64,000 nt of DNA from Micropepsaceae bacterium. Its GTDB lineage: Bacteria > Pseudomonadota > Alphaproteobacteria > Micropepsales > Micropepsaceae. Positions 26,378 through 39,119 of the stretch are shown here, piece by piece. Position numbers and translations under genes: made by a program. How positions within the stretch are numbered: position 1 is the first letter of the stretch; every line of letters begins with the position of its first letter. The notes under the pieces are model-generated. The model was not told where the DNA came from, ran no database searches, and worked only from the letters and a program-made list of their open reading frames with translations. Where the stretch lies: the NCBI GenBank assembly GCA_031976175.1, contig DALYLR010000003.1, forward strand, positions 15,976 to 79,975, written 5' to 3'.

Positions 26378-28950
26378 GCCGCATTTCCTTGCGCGCTCAA
26401 GACGTCTTTCACATGGGCGATCACGCGGTCGCGGTCAAACTTCAGAGCATACCGGTCGAACACCTGCTGTGCGCGCGACGGCCCGTGAATGTCACGCTCA
26501 AGCCCCAAGCCAAGGATAGGCGTCGCCTTCCAGGCGGGGTCGTTGCGGACAGTTTCGGCAAACGCAAAGCCGTCCATCTCTGGCATGTCGATGTCACTGA
26601 CGATCAGATCGAAGGCGCGCCCGTCAGCTTTGTACTTGAGCGCGTCGCGCGCCGATGGCGCCTCGGTCACGTCATATCCGGCCATGGTCAAGAGCGGCCC
26701 CAGCATATTGCGGAAAAAGGCGCTGTCATCGACCAGGAGCAGACGCTTGCGCGCCGCTTGTGCCGGCGCCTTTTCCGCGAACCAGTACTGGAACGCCTCG
26801 CCCAAATAGTGGGAAATGTCGATCACATCGGTTGCGCGCTCCTTGATCACGGCGGTGCCAAGCAGACCAGGACGGCTTGCGTGCAATTCCATGCTCATTG
26901 TCTCGTCGACGATGTCGATGATGCTGTCGACCGCAAGACCGATGGTCTTGTCCTCGTCGCTAAACACGAGGACGGCTTGCGCGGCATCGCGCTTAATGGT
27001 CTGCGACGCACAGACCGGCACGATGGGCATGAGCTTGCCGCGGTACTGAACCACGTGACGCCCGCCCAGGAACTCGATCCGCCCAGCTTTCAGTTCCTCA
27101 AGCCGGGTGACGAGGGAAAGCGGCACGGCCTTCGGTTCGTCCGAACCCGCCGTAAAGAGCAATAGCGAACGGACATCCATCGCGCCGGTGCGGCTCATAG
27201 TGTCATCGTCTTGAGCGGTCTTGGCATGCAGCGCCGACCCTGTTTGCGCGGCGAGCCCATTGGGGTCAATGATCATGATGACGGAGCCATCGCCCAAGAT
27301 GGTCGTGCCGGAGAACACCGGAATGTCCCGCAACAGCGAGCTCACCGGCTTCACCACAATTTCCTCGGTATCGAAGACACTATCGACCACTATGCCAAAG
27401 GTGCGGCCATTGGCTTGCGCGACAATGATGAATTCTTCACCCCGCTCCGGCCGCCCGTCGAGGCGCAAGACGTCAGGCATTGGAATGAGTGGCAAGAGGC
27501 GATTGCGAAGCCGCAAAACGGGCGTCGCATTGATCCGTTCAACCTGGGTATCGCTGCCTGGCACGGAGCGAACCAGTTCCTGGACGCAGATTTGCGGAAT
27601 GGCAAACCGCATGCCGCCAACGCCAAAGATCAGTGCCGAGACGATCGCAAGCGTCAGCGGGATCTTGATGATAAACCTGGTGCCCTGCCCTTTCGCCGAT
27701 TTCAGATCGATCGAACCGCCAATCAGTTCAATGTTTGAGCGGACAACATCCATGCCAACGCCACGGCCGGAGACATTGGTCACTTTCGCTGCGGTCGAGA
27801 AGCCAGCGTGAAAGATGAACCGGTGCACTTGGTTCTCGGACATGGCTGCAAGCTCTGCCTCGCTCGCAAGGCCGCTCGCCAGTGCCTTGGCCTTTATTTT
27901 GTCCATATCGAGCCCACGGCCGTCGTCGCTTACCTCGATGAGGATGTGGCCACCCTCGTGATAGGCCGACAGGGTAATGGTTCCTGTGTCGCCCTTGCCC
28001 GCGCGCTTGCGGTCTGCAGGCAATTCCAAACCATGGTCAGCCGAATTGCGGACCATATGGGTCAGCGGGTCCTTGATCAGCTCCAACACCTGGCGGTCAA
28101 GTTCGGTTTCCGCGCCTTTCATTTGCAGATCGATTTTCTTGCCGAGCTCATTGGCCAAGTCGCGCACGATACGCGGGAGCTTTTGCCACGCATTGCCAAT
28201 CGGCTGCATGCGCGTCTTCATCACGCTTTCTTGGAGTTCGGCCGTGACATTCGAAAGACGCTGCAGCGGGGCCTTGAACTCGCTATCATTGCTGTGGCGC
28301 ACCATCTCCATCAGCTGATTGCGCGTCAGCACGAGTTCACTGACCATCGTCATCAGGTCTTCGAGCACGTCGACATTGACGCGAATCGATTGCGCCACCA
28401 CGCTCGCACCCGGCGTCGCAGCAACTTTGGCGTCCGCCCCCTTGGGAGCGGCAGGGTCCGGCTGGTCGTCCATTTGCGGAGGTTCAGCAGGCGGCAATTC
28501 AACAGGGGCACTCGCGGCTATTGGTGCCACCTCTTGCGGCGCCGCTGAGGTACAGCCAGCGGTGACGATCTCCCCGCCCTCTGCCGCGAGTTCGAGCCGC
28601 GCGATGATATCGCTGTCGTCGCCTGCCGGTTCAGCGCCGCTTGCCTCCAGTTGCGCCAATATCGATTTGATCAGATCAAGCGATTCCAGAATAAGCGTGA
28701 CGGCCGCCGGCGAGACGGCCAAAACCCCGTCACGGAACTTGCCCAGCATATTCTCCGAGGCATGCGCCACCTTTTCAAGCCGCGGCAAGCCGATAAACCC
28801 GCAGGTGCCTTTGATGGTGTGAACCAGACGGAAGATCCGCCCGAGCACGTCCTTGTTTCCTGGATCGCGTTCAAGCTTGACCAATTCGCCATCGACGACC
28901 GTCAGGCTTTCAGCCGTTTCCGTCAGAAACTCTGACAACAAATCATCCAT
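26374..28950 (-). CDS. cheA: chemotaxis histidine kinase CheA with a fused C-terminal receiver domain
   Basis: HPt (VHTIKGTCGF), N-box HMVRNSADHG, DDGRGLD, GRGVGMDVV, a CheW-like P5 domain, and a terminal REC (LLLVDDSAFFR...VSDIDMPEMDG). Confidence 0.95.
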   Translation of the reverse strand: MDDLLSEFLTETAESLTVVDGELVKLERDPGNKDVLGRIFRLVHTIKGTCGFIGLPRLEKVAHASENMLGKFRDGVLAVSPAAVTLILESLDLIKSILAQLEASGAEPAGDDSDIIARLELAAEGGEIVTAGCTSAAPQEVAPIAASAPVELPPAEPPQMDDQPDPAAPKGADAKVAATPGASVVAQSIRVNVDVLEDLMTMVSELVLTRNQLMEMVRHSNDSEFKAPLQRLSNVTAELQESVMKTRMQPIGNAWQKLPRIVRDLANELGKKIDLQMKGAETELDRQVLELIKDPLTHMVRNSADHGLELPADRKRAGKGDTGTITLSAYHEGGHILIEVSDDGRGLDMDKIKAKALASGLASEAELAAMSENQVHRFIFHAGFSTAAKVTNVSGRGVGMDVVRSNIELIGGSIDLKSAKGQGTRFIIKIPLTLAIVSALIFGVGGMRFAIPQICVQELVRSVPGSDTQVERINATPVLRLRNRLLPLIPMPDVLRLDGRPERGEEFIIVAQANGRTFGIVVDSVFDTEEIVVKPVSSLLRDIPVFSGTTILGDGSVIMIIDPNGLAAQTGSALHAKTAQDDDTMSRTGAMDVRSLLLFTAGSDEPKAVPLSLVTRLEELKAGRIEFLGGRHVVQYRGKLMPIVPVCASQTIKRDAAQAVLVFSDEDKTIGLAVDSIIDIVDETMSMELHASRPGLLGTAVIKERATDVIDISHYLGEAFQYWFAEKAPAQAARKRLLLVDDSAFFRNMLGPLLTMAGYDVTEAPSARDALKYKADGRAFDLIVSDIDMPEMDGFAFAETVRNDPAWKATPILGLGLERDIHGPSRAQQVFDRYALKFDRDRVIAHVKDVLSAQGNAA

Positions 28951-29032
28951 GGACGGTCTCGCTGGGCGTTAAGGCATGTGGCCACGCCGAATCCTTTACG
29001 GAAAGGGCGCCCCCGTTATCGCGAGTGTCCGG

Positions 29033-29048
29033 TTAAATCATCGTAAAC
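29033..29048. promoter_or_regulatory. near-consensus CtrA box between chpT and cheA
   Basis: TTAA-ATCATCG-TAAAC, one mismatch from TTAA-N7-TTAAC. An extra TTAAC lies on the minus strand at 28966-28970. Confidence 0.25.
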
Positions 29049-29058
29049 CGATGGAGCG

Positions 29059-29703
29059 TCAAGCACTCCGCAACTTCTGAGGCAGGGCGGCGGTCAAGAC
29101 CACGCGCTCAGGCGCCGTTGCATGCGTGATGCGCCCGCGCATACTCTTGACCAGGAGCGCGATGACGTGGGGCGCGATGGTTCGTCCCGTCAGGTCACCG
29201 ATTGCCATCCCGGCGCTCAGCGCACTGATGATGTCCTGGGGCAGATTAGCGCGCGGTCCCTCTGCCGTAATGCAGATCTCTGCATTCGCGCCAGCAGGTG
29301 AAATCTTGCAAGTCAAAACGCCGCCCCTCGGCACACAATCCCCGCCAATTTGGGCAAGGTTCAAGGCGATCTTGACCAATTCTTTCTCGAGCGCGATGTC
29401 AGGCGCGTCCCAGACAAATTTGAACTTGGCACCGTGAAAGAACTCGCGCGCGATTTGGCCTGCCTCGCGCAAAGCGATCTCCGCACCGGCTGACCCCATG
29501 GCGCCAAATGCAAGGCGGGCAAAGAGGAGGCGAGAACGCGCCTGTTTAACGCTGTGGTCGATCAGAGCCAGCGCATGTTTGCGCATCTCGGGGTCTTGCT
29601 CGTCCTCCAGGATCTCCATCCCATTTGAAATGGCGCCCACCGGACTGATGAGGTCATGGCACACGCGGCTGACAAGCAAAGCGGCGAGATCGAGGTCCGG
29701 CAT
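29059..29703 (-). CDS. chpT: histidine phosphotransferase ChpT
   Basis: LLVSRVCHDLISPVGAISNGMEILEDE (phospho-His helix), followed by a degenerate HATPase-like domain. ATG 29703 is preceded by AGGAGAA; the ORF maximum is 29883. Confidence 0.8.
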   Translation of the reverse strand: MPDLDLAALLVSRVCHDLISPVGAISNGMEILEDEQDPEMRKHALALIDHSVKQARSRLLFARLAFGAMGSAGAEIALREAGQIAREFFHGAKFKFVWDAPDIALEKELVKIALNLAQIGGDCVPRGGVLTCKISPAGANAEICITAEGPRANLPQDIISALSAGMAIGDLTGRTIAPHVIALLVKSMRGRITHATAPERVVLTAALPQKLRSA

Positions 29704-29910
29704 CGTCACACTGTTCTCCTGGATGGCCAAGGCGCGCAGAACGCGAAGTTGAGCAGGCTCTGGCAAGGCTTGAAGCGTATTGTTTGGCATGCAAAGCATG
29801 GGGCCGCAACGGTGCCGTCGCTTTGGAGTGGGCTTTTGGAAAACTCTGGCGGCGCTTGGACGTGGATCACCTCTCTCGAGCACCGCTCAATGCAAGACTT
29901 CGGAGCAATG

Positions 29911-30699
29911 ATGGTCACCATGGACAAGGGCACTCTTACAGAGCTTTGCGCTATCGCACGCGCGGCTGGCGCGGTGATCATGCGTCATTATGGGAAGAGC
30001 ATCGCCGTGCGCAGAAAGGACGACCGCTCCCCCGTTACGGATGCGGATGAAGACGCAGAAAAGCTGATCATTGCCGCTTTGCGCAAGTTGATGCCCAGCA
30101 TCCCCATTGTCGCAGAAGAGCAAGCCGCGGCCGGCGCCGTCCCGCCAGCTTCCGATACATTTTTCCTGGTCGATCCGCTTGACGGCACCCGGGAGTTTCT
30201 TGACCGCAATGGTGAGTTCACGGTCAACATCGCTTTGATTGCTGATCGAGTGCCCGTTGCGGGCGTGGTGTTCGCGCCCGCCAAGGAGCGGATGTTTGCT
30301 GGCGCACGAGGGCTGGATGCCTTTGAGTGGCGCAATGGCCAGCCGCACGCCATCACTGCCCGCCGCCCACCTCCGGAAGGGCTGACAGCGCTCACAAGCC
30401 GGTCACACCGGGCGCCGGCGGAAGATGCCTATCTTCAGGGGTACAAGATTCGCGAAACCATTGTTGCGGGCTCCTCTCTCAAATTCTGCCTCATCGCGGC
30501 CGGAGAAGCGGACATTTATCCCCGCCATGGCGACACGATGGAGTGGGACACGGCCGCAGGTGATGCGGTCCTGCGCGCGGCGGGTGGCCGCGTCACGCTT
30601 CTGGACGGGAAGACGCCATTAAACTATGGCAAGCGCACGGAGGGATATCGCAACCCGCATTTCGTGGCCTGGGGCGCTCCTGCTAGCCAATCGGCTTGA
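29911..30699 (+). CDS. cysQ: 3'(2'),5'-bisphosphate nucleotidase
   Basis: Inositol-monophosphatase-fold motifs SPVTDADEDAE, VDPLDGTREF, WDTAAGDAVL. Several in-frame ATGs (29890/29908/29911/29920); 29911 has the best GGAG spacing. Confidence 0.85.
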   Translation: MVTMDKGTLTELCAIARAAGAVIMRHYGKSIAVRRKDDRSPVTDADEDAEKLIIAALRKLMPSIPIVAEEQAAAGAVPPASDTFFLVDPLDGTREFLDRNGEFTVNIALIADRVPVAGVVFAPAKERMFAGARGLDAFEWRNGQPHAITARRPPPEGLTALTSRSHRAPAEDAYLQGYKIRETIVAGSSLKFCLIAAGEADIYPRHGDTMEWDTAAGDAVLRAAGGRVTLLDGKTPLNYGKRTEGYRNPHFVAWGAPASQSA

Positions 30700-31153
30700 C
30701 CTTCAACAAAGGGCCGTCATACCCCACAATCTCAACGACAGTGCGGTCAGCCAAAGGTTTGCCGTCAAGGCTTTCCGCCTGCCAGCGCGTGTCGTCGAGG
30801 ACAATCGTCCCGCGCGCGCCCTCAAAGGTCTCGGCGACCACGGCTTGGCGGCCAACATAGGCATGGACCCGCTGATTGAGACGCGCGCGCCCCTCATCTT
30901 GAACGGCCGCCCGTGGCCAGTACCGGGCGGACAACACGAAGGCGCCGGTGAAGAGGGCGAAAGCCAAGGCCTGCCACGTCCAATCCAAACTCGGCGACAG
31001 CAGCACGATGATGCCTGTCAAAATCGCAGCCAAGCCCGGCCACAGCATGTATTGCGTCGGCATGACCATCTCAAGACCGATCAAGATCGCCGCAAGGGCC
31101 CACCAATGCAGCGGCCCCAAAGTGGCAAGCAATGTCATCAAGTCCGGCACCAT
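30683..31153 (-). CDS. NfeD family membrane protein
   Basis: Three N-terminal TM segments plus a C-terminal OB-like domain (GRQAVVAETFEGARGTIVLDDTRWQAE...VEIVGYDGPLLKV). Lies downstream of the SPFH gene. Confidence 0.8.
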   Translation of the reverse strand: MVPDLMTLLATLGPLHWWALAAILIGLEMVMPTQYMLWPGLAAILTGIIVLLSPSLDWTWQALAFALFTGAFVLSARYWPRAAVQDEGRARLNQRVHAYVGRQAVVAETFEGARGTIVLDDTRWQAESLDGKPLADRTVVEIVGYDGPLLKVKPIG

Positions 31154-31180
31154 CGTTTGTCCCTCTTGCAGGTCTGGGCC

Positions 31181-32170
31181 CTACCCCCGCGTGGTGGGCA
31201 CCGACCCGCCCATTATATGGGGATCACCCCCGCGAGCGCCAGTTGCAGAACCGCCGCCTTGCAGGACTTTGCTTAATTCGCCAATGCCAGAGATAGAGCC
31301 CAAAAGACCGGCTGTTTCCATGGGAACCACAACGAATTTCTGATTGGGCGCGGTCGCAAGTGCCTTAAAGGCATCGACATATTTCTGGGCCACGAAGTAG
31401 TTGATCGCCTGGACATTGCCCTCAGCGATCGCTTTGGACACCATGTCCGTGGCACGCGCTTCAGCCTCAGCGGCCCGTTCGCGGGCCTCCGCGTCCCGGA
31501 AGGCCGCTTCTTTGCGCCCTTCGGCCTCCAGGATGGCCGACTGTTTCTGTCCCTCGGCACGCAGGATCGCCGCTTGCTTCTCGCCATCGGCAGTGAGCAC
31601 TTCGGCCCTGCGCAAGCGCTCGGCCTTCATCTGCTGGGCCATGGCTTGGGTGATGTCGGCGGGCGGAGACAGGTCCTTGATCTCGATCCGTGTGACCTTG
31701 ATGCCCCACGGCTGAGTTGCAGCGTCCACCACCTTGAGAAGCTTCTCGTTGATCTCATCGCGCTTGGACAGAACTTCGTCCAAGTCCATGGACCCAATCA
31801 CCGTGCGCACATTGGTCAGCGCCAGATTGGTCACCGCTTGCGGCAGATTTTGAACCTCATAGGCCGCCCGCGCCGCGTCGATCACCTGGATGAAGGTAAT
31901 CGCATCGGCTGAGACCATTGCGTTGTCCTTGGTGATCACGTCTTGGCGCGGCACGTCGAGGACGTCCTCCATCATCGACATTTTCCGCCCAATCCGCTCG
32001 AAAACAGGATTGATCACCCCGAGACCGGGTTTAAGCGTTCGCACATATTTGCCGAAGCGCTCGACCGTCCATTCCTGGCCCTGCTGCACGAACTTGATGG
32101 CGCGGAATATGACAAGAACCGCAAGGCCGACCAGCGCCCCGACAAAATAGACAAAGGCTTCTTCGTTCAT
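31181..32170 (-). CDS. SPFH/Band-7 (stomatin-like) protein
   Basis: N-terminal TM, an SPFH domain (VVDVPRQDVITKDN..., IKVTRIEIKDLSPP) and a coiled-coil AEA-rich region. Confidence 0.92.
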   Translation of the reverse strand: MNEEAFVYFVGALVGLAVLVIFRAIKFVQQGQEWTVERFGKYVRTLKPGLGVINPVFERIGRKMSMMEDVLDVPRQDVITKDNAMVSADAITFIQVIDAARAAYEVQNLPQAVTNLALTNVRTVIGSMDLDEVLSKRDEINEKLLKVVDAATQPWGIKVTRIEIKDLSPPADITQAMAQQMKAERLRRAEVLTADGEKQAAILRAEGQKQSAILEAEGRKEAAFRDAEARERAAEAEARATDMVSKAIAEGNVQAINYFVAQKYVDAFKALATAPNQKFVVVPMETAGLLGSISGIGELSKVLQGGGSATGARGGDPHIMGGSVPTTRG

Positions 32171-32350
32171 GCAAGCACCTCTGAAATGTGGCGAAGATCA
32201 CGATGTGGGCGAATCGCACGCTGTCACGCGACTCTACGGCATCGCGCCGCCAATTTGGGCCTAAACAACCCCTTACCAACGCACAGCTTAACGGCTAAAG
32301 TGCAAAGCAACCGTTCACACCCTCGGCCAACCCTTGACAAGGACGCTCCA

Positions 32351-32959
32351 ATGAACCCGGATGATCAGAACGCCTTGACCCGCCGCCATGCCGTGCGCCT
32401 CTTGGGAACGGCTGCGACCGTGACCGCCGCAGGTGTATCCTCCTTGGCCGCTGCCATGCCTGCCCTCGCGGCGGAGGACACCTACTCGCAAGGCGAAGTT
32501 ACAGGCATTGTCGCAGACTTCTTTGGCATGACCACAGCGGCCGTCGCGCAAGTGGTTGAGCGCGTTTTTAAGGATCAGGGCCGACCCAACGCCTATATCA
32601 AGGGCGAGGAAGCCTCAGCTGCCATTATCGTTGGCGGCACCTTGGGCAAGGGCGCGCTCTACCGCAAGCGCCGGCAGCCATTCCAGGTCTATTGGCAGGG
32701 CCCCTCGCTCGGCTTCGACCTGGGTGGCAATGCCTCCAAGGTCGTGTGCCTCGTCTACCGGCTCGGTGCAGATAGCGAAATTTTCCAAGAGTTCGCAGGT
32801 GTCGGCGGCAGCTATTACTTCATCGCCGGAATCGGCGTGAATTACCATCAGGAAGGCCGCATCAAGCTGGCGCCGATGCGCACGGGTCTGGGTGTCAGGG
32901 CTGGTGTCAATGTCGGCACCATGAGCATCACCCGCGACCGCAGCTGGAACCCGTTCTAA
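32351..32959 (+). CDS. DUF1134 (EipA-like) periplasmic protein
   Basis: Tat-like signal TRRHAVRLLGTAATV...AAE. YSQGEV..., YIKGEEASAAIIVGG...YWQGPSLGFDLGGNASKVV...AGIGVNY matches my recollection of the DUF1134 family. The longer ORF from 31943 overlaps the SPFH gene antisense. Confidence 0.75.
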   Translation: MNPDDQNALTRRHAVRLLGTAATVTAAGVSSLAAAMPALAAEDTYSQGEVTGIVADFFGMTTAAVAQVVERVFKDQGRPNAYIKGEEASAAIIVGGTLGKGALYRKRRQPFQVYWQGPSLGFDLGGNASKVVCLVYRLGADSEIFQEFAGVGGSYYFIAGIGVNYHQEGRIKLAPMRTGLGVRAGVNVGTMSITRDRSWNPF

Positions 32960-32974
32960 GCGTCGCGCACGGGA

Positions 32975-33859
32975 ATGAACTCTGAGGCGAACCGCCTGCC
33001 GATTGCCGTGACCGCAGGCGATGAAGGCTACTTGCCGCTATTGCAAAGCTGCGTCGACTCATTGGTCGAGGCCCGGCAGAGCTTGGCATTTCAGATCGGC
33101 GTGATCGATTTGGGACTCTCGCCGGAGTCCCGGGCCGCGATTTCTGCCAAAGCGGACTTTTTCGTGCCGGCAAGTTGGCCATTCGCAACCCGGCCAGACT
33201 TTGCCGCTGGCGCGTTTGCGCTTGCCTCAGTCGCCAAAGCAGCGCTCCCGGACTATTTCCCCGGTCATCCGGTCTATATGTGGATCGACTGCGATGCCTT
33301 TGTGCAGGGCCCACTCGGCGTCAGCTGGTTCTTCAACGCCGCGCTAAACGGCGGCACCGCGATGGTTCAGAGCATTGACCGCGCCTATGTCATGCAAGCA
33401 GACGATCATGCTTGGGTGCGCGATCGCTACGCGATGGCCTATCCGGACGACATTGCGACAAAGCTCGCCAGCCGGCCCTATATCAACAGCGGCGTATTCG
33501 CGGCCTCCGCGTCATCGAAGCTGTGGTCTCTCTTCAAACAGCGTTATTTAGATGCCCTTTCGGCGTGGTCAGGGCCCCGGCTCAGCGACCAAGCGATCCT
33601 GAACTACATCGCCGTCATTGATCGCTTGCCCTATCACAACCTCCCATCGAGCTGTAACTGGATCTGCCATTTGGCGCGTCCGCATCTCGATCAAGTGAAC
33701 AAACTTTTCACCGAGGCGGCGTTTCCCTATCGCCACTTGCAGATCGTTCACAACACGCACCGCGAAAAGCTGATCTTACGCCCGGTCAAACAGTTTGACG
33801 GCAAAGTCCGGAAGATGCGGTTGACTTACCACGATCTCAAATCCATCGAGGCCCTCTAG
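32975..33859 (+). CDS. putative nucleotide-diphospho-sugar glycosyltransferase (GT8-like)
   Basis: LPIAVTAGDEGYLPLL N-terminus, DxD-like WIDCDAF, and YINSGVF. Judged by eye only. Confidence 0.5.
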   Translation: MNSEANRLPIAVTAGDEGYLPLLQSCVDSLVEARQSLAFQIGVIDLGLSPESRAAISAKADFFVPASWPFATRPDFAAGAFALASVAKAALPDYFPGHPVYMWIDCDAFVQGPLGVSWFFNAALNGGTAMVQSIDRAYVMQADDHAWVRDRYAMAYPDDIATKLASRPYINSGVFAASASSKLWSLFKQRYLDALSAWSGPRLSDQAILNYIAVIDRLPYHNLPSSCNWICHLARPHLDQVNKLFTEAAFPYRHLQIVHNTHREKLILRPVKQFDGKVRKMRLTYHDLKSIEAL

Positions 33860-33955
33860 CGATTTGGTTTGACGCCAAGGCGGAATCGCGCGACATAGGG
33901 GGCGGGACACGGCCCCCCAACGGGTCGCGCCCATTCTGGAAGGAATGGAGACATC

Positions 33956-35113
33956 ATGACGAACCAAAAGCCTCAGGCACGCCCAGCCGTGCCAAATTTT
34001 TCATCCGGCCCTTGCGCCAAGCGCCCCGGATGGTCACCCGAAGCCCTGAGCCACGCAATTCTCGGACGGTCGCACCGGTCGAAAAGCGGCAAGGCGCGCT
34101 TGCAAGACGCGATCGACCGCACACGGTCTGTGCTCGGAATCCCTGCGGATTGCCGCATCGGGATCGTGCCCGCCTCCGATACAGGCGCCGTCGAAATGGC
34201 CTTGTGGTCGATGCTGGGGCCCCGCCCCGTCGATGTCCTGGTCTGGGAGAGCTTCAGCAATGATTGGGCGACAGATGTCGTCAAGCAGCTGAAATTGCCT
34301 AACACGCGGGTTATCAAGGCCGAGTATGGCGCCCTGCCCGATCTCTCCTCAGTGAATGCCGGTCACGACATCGTCTTTGCCTGGAACGGCACAACGTCCG
34401 GCGTGCGGGTGCCTAATGCAAACTGGATCGACGCGGACCGCGAAGGCTTGACAATCTGCGACGCGACCTCGGCTGCCTTTGCCCAAGACCTCGATTGGAC
34501 CAAGCTCGATGTGGTGACCTATTCCTGGCAAAAGGTGCTGGGCGGTGAGGCCGCGCATGGGATGCTGATCCTGTCGCCGCGCGCCGTGGCGCGGCTTGAA
34601 TCCTACAAGCCCGCTTGGCCCCTACCCAAAATCTTCCGCATGACCAAGGACGGCAAGCTCGTCGAAGGCATCTTTAAGGGTGAGACGATCAACACGCCCT
34701 CAATGCTGTGCGTCGAGGACTATGTCGACGCTCTGAAGTGGGCGGAAGGAATCGGTGGGCTCAAAGCCCTCATGGCCCGCGCCGATGCCAATTTGCAAGC
34801 GATCGAGGATTGGATCGCGAGGTCCAGTTGGGCGCGCTTCTTGGCGGAAGACCCGCGTGCGCGCTCCAACACCTCGGTATGTTTGGCGATCAAGGACCCA
34901 TGGTTCGCGGGCCTGGACCCTGAAGCGCAAGCCGCCGCTGCCAAGAAATTGGCTGACCTGCTCGAGAAAGAAGCGGTCGCTTATGACATCGGTGCCTATC
35001 GCGACGCGCCACCGGGCTTACGGATTTGGTGCGGCGCGACGGTTGAAACCGCCGATGTGCGCGCGCTGACACCCTGGCTCGACTGGGCTTGGGCCCAAGT
35101 CAGGGCCGCCTGA
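33956..35113 (+). CDS. serC: phosphoserine aminotransferase
   Basis: [13 protein letters not shown]; PLP-lysine motif [10 protein letters not shown]. Alphaproteobacterial-type SerC directly upstream of serA. Confidence 0.93.
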   Translation: MTNQKPQARPAVPNFSSGPCAKRPGWSPEALSHAILGRSHRSKSGKARLQDAIDRTRSVLGIPADCRIGIVPASDTGAVEMALWSMLGPRPVDVLVWESFSNDWATDVVKQLKLPNTRVIKAEYGALPDLSSVNAGHDIVFAWNGTTSGVRVPNANWIDADREGLTICDATSAAFAQDLDWTKLDVVTYSWQKVLGGEAAHGMLILSPRAVARLESYKPAWPLPKIFRMTKDGKLVEGIFKGETINTPSMLCVEDYVDALKWAEGIGGLKALMARADANLQAIEDWIARSSWARFLAEDPRARSNTSVCLAIKDPWFAGLDPEAQAAAAKKLADLLEKEAVAYDIGAYRDAPPGLRIWCGATVETADVRALTPWLDWAWAQVRAA

Positions 35114-35181
35114 TCTTTGGCGCTCGTAAGCGGGCGCCAAACCGTCTCTCCTCCTTTGACATCCTCCGTATACGGTGCCCC

Positions 35182-36759
35182 ATGCCCAAAGTTCTTATCT
35201 CCGATCAACTGTCTCCTGCCGCCGTGCAAATCTTTCGCGAGCGCGGTGTTCTTGTCGACATCAAGACCGGGCTCAGCAAGGACGAGCTCAAGAGCACGAT
35301 CGCCAACTATGACGGCTTGGCGATCCGCTCCGCCACCAAGGTGACCGCCGACGTTTTGGCAGAGGCCAAGAACCTCAAGGTCATCGGCCGCGCCGGGATC
35401 GGGGTCGACAATGTCGATATCCCTGCCGCCACTGCGCACGGCGTTGTGGTCATGAACACGCCGCATGGCAACGCCATCACGACCGCAGAGCACGCCGTCG
35501 CCATGATGTTCGCGCTTGCCCGCGAAATCCCTGCCGCCAATGCCTCTACCCAGGCCGGCAAGTGGGAGAAAAACCGCTTTATGGGTGTTGAGTTGACCGG
35601 CAAGACGTTGGGCATTATCGGCTGTGGCAACATCGGCTCCATTGTCGCCGATCGGGCCAAAGGCCTGCGCATGAAGGTCGTGGCTTACGATCCTTATCTC
35701 AGCCCCGAGCGCGCCATTGAACTCGGGGTCGAAAAATTGGACCTCGCTGACCTGTTCCGCCGCGCCGATGTGATCACGCTCCACACGCCGCTGACGCCGC
35801 AGACCAAGAACATCATCGATGCCGCCGCCTTGGAAAAAATGAAGAAGGGTGTACGGATCATCAATTGTGCACGCGGCGGCCTGATCGACGAGACCGCGCT
35901 GAAGGCGGCCTTGGAGAGTGGTCACGTCGCCGGTGCAGCGCTTGACGTGTTTGATGTAGAGCCGGCGAAGGAAAACCTCTTATTTGGCCACGACCGCCTG
36001 GTCGCCACGCCGCATCTGGGTGCCTCCACCACAGAGGCGCAGGAGAATGTGGCACTACAGGTTGCTGAGCAAATGGCCGACTATCTGATGTCCGGCGCGA
36101 TCACCAATGCGATCAACATGCCGTCCATCTCGGCGGACGATGCCACCCGCATGAAGCCCTGGATCAAGCTGAGCGAGCAACTGGGATTGTTCGCGGGCCA
36201 ATTGACCGAGACCAGCATCGCCAGTGTTGAGATCCTCTATGAGGGTGACGTCGGCGAGATGAACATCAAGGCGCTGACCCAAGCTGCCCTTGCGGGCCTG
36301 CTCAAGCCCGCCTTGTCGGATGTCAACATGGTCAATGCCCCCGTGATCGCAAAGGATCGTGGCATCGCAGTGTCAGAGGTTCGCCGCCCGCAACAAGGCG
36401 TCTATGACAGCTACATCCAGCTTACCGTGACCTCCGAGCGCCAGACGCGCAGCGTTGCGGGAACAATCTTCGCAAATGGTGTGCCGCGCATCATCAACGT
36501 CAAAGGCATTCCGACGGATGCGGAGCTTTCCTCGCACATGCTCTATGTGACGAACGAAGACAAGCCCGGGTTCATCGGCAAATTGGGCACGGTGCTGGGC
36601 GACGCGAAGGTCAACATTGCCTCCTTCAATCTGGGCCGGAATGCTCCGGGTGCGGACGCCATTGCGCTAGTTTCGGTCGACGGTCCGGTTCCGGACACTG
36701 TCTTGGAGCATATCCGCGCCATCCCTCTCGTCAAACAAGCCAAGGCCTTGCGGTTCTAG
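35182..36759 (+). CDS. serA: D-3-phosphoglycerate dehydrogenase
   Basis: GRAGIGVDNVD, GIIGCGNIGS, INCARGGLIDE, HLGAST, plus C-terminal ASB/ACT domains. Confidence 0.95.
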   Translation: MPKVLISDQLSPAAVQIFRERGVLVDIKTGLSKDELKSTIANYDGLAIRSATKVTADVLAEAKNLKVIGRAGIGVDNVDIPAATAHGVVVMNTPHGNAITTAEHAVAMMFALAREIPAANASTQAGKWEKNRFMGVELTGKTLGIIGCGNIGSIVADRAKGLRMKVVAYDPYLSPERAIELGVEKLDLADLFRRADVITLHTPLTPQTKNIIDAAALEKMKKGVRIINCARGGLIDETALKAALESGHVAGAALDVFDVEPAKENLLFGHDRLVATPHLGASTTEAQENVALQVAEQMADYLMSGAITNAINMPSISADDATRMKPWIKLSEQLGLFAGQLTETSIASVEILYEGDVGEMNIKALTQAALAGLLKPALSDVNMVNAPVIAKDRGIAVSEVRRPQQGVYDSYIQLTVTSERQTRSVAGTIFANGVPRIINVKGIPTDAELSSHMLYVTNEDKPGFIGKLGTVLGDAKVNIASFNLGRNAPGADAIALVSVDGPVPDTVLEHIRAIPLVKQAKALRF

Positions 36760-36762
36760 GCC

Positions 36763-39106
<2,344 letters not shown>

Positions 39107-39119
39107 TGAGGCCTGGGGC

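Noticed and set aside
31943-32350. N-terminal 136-aa extension of the DUF1134 ORF.
   Set aside because: It is antisense to the SPFH gene and its promoter region. The Tat-type signal peptide begins at the ATG at 32351.
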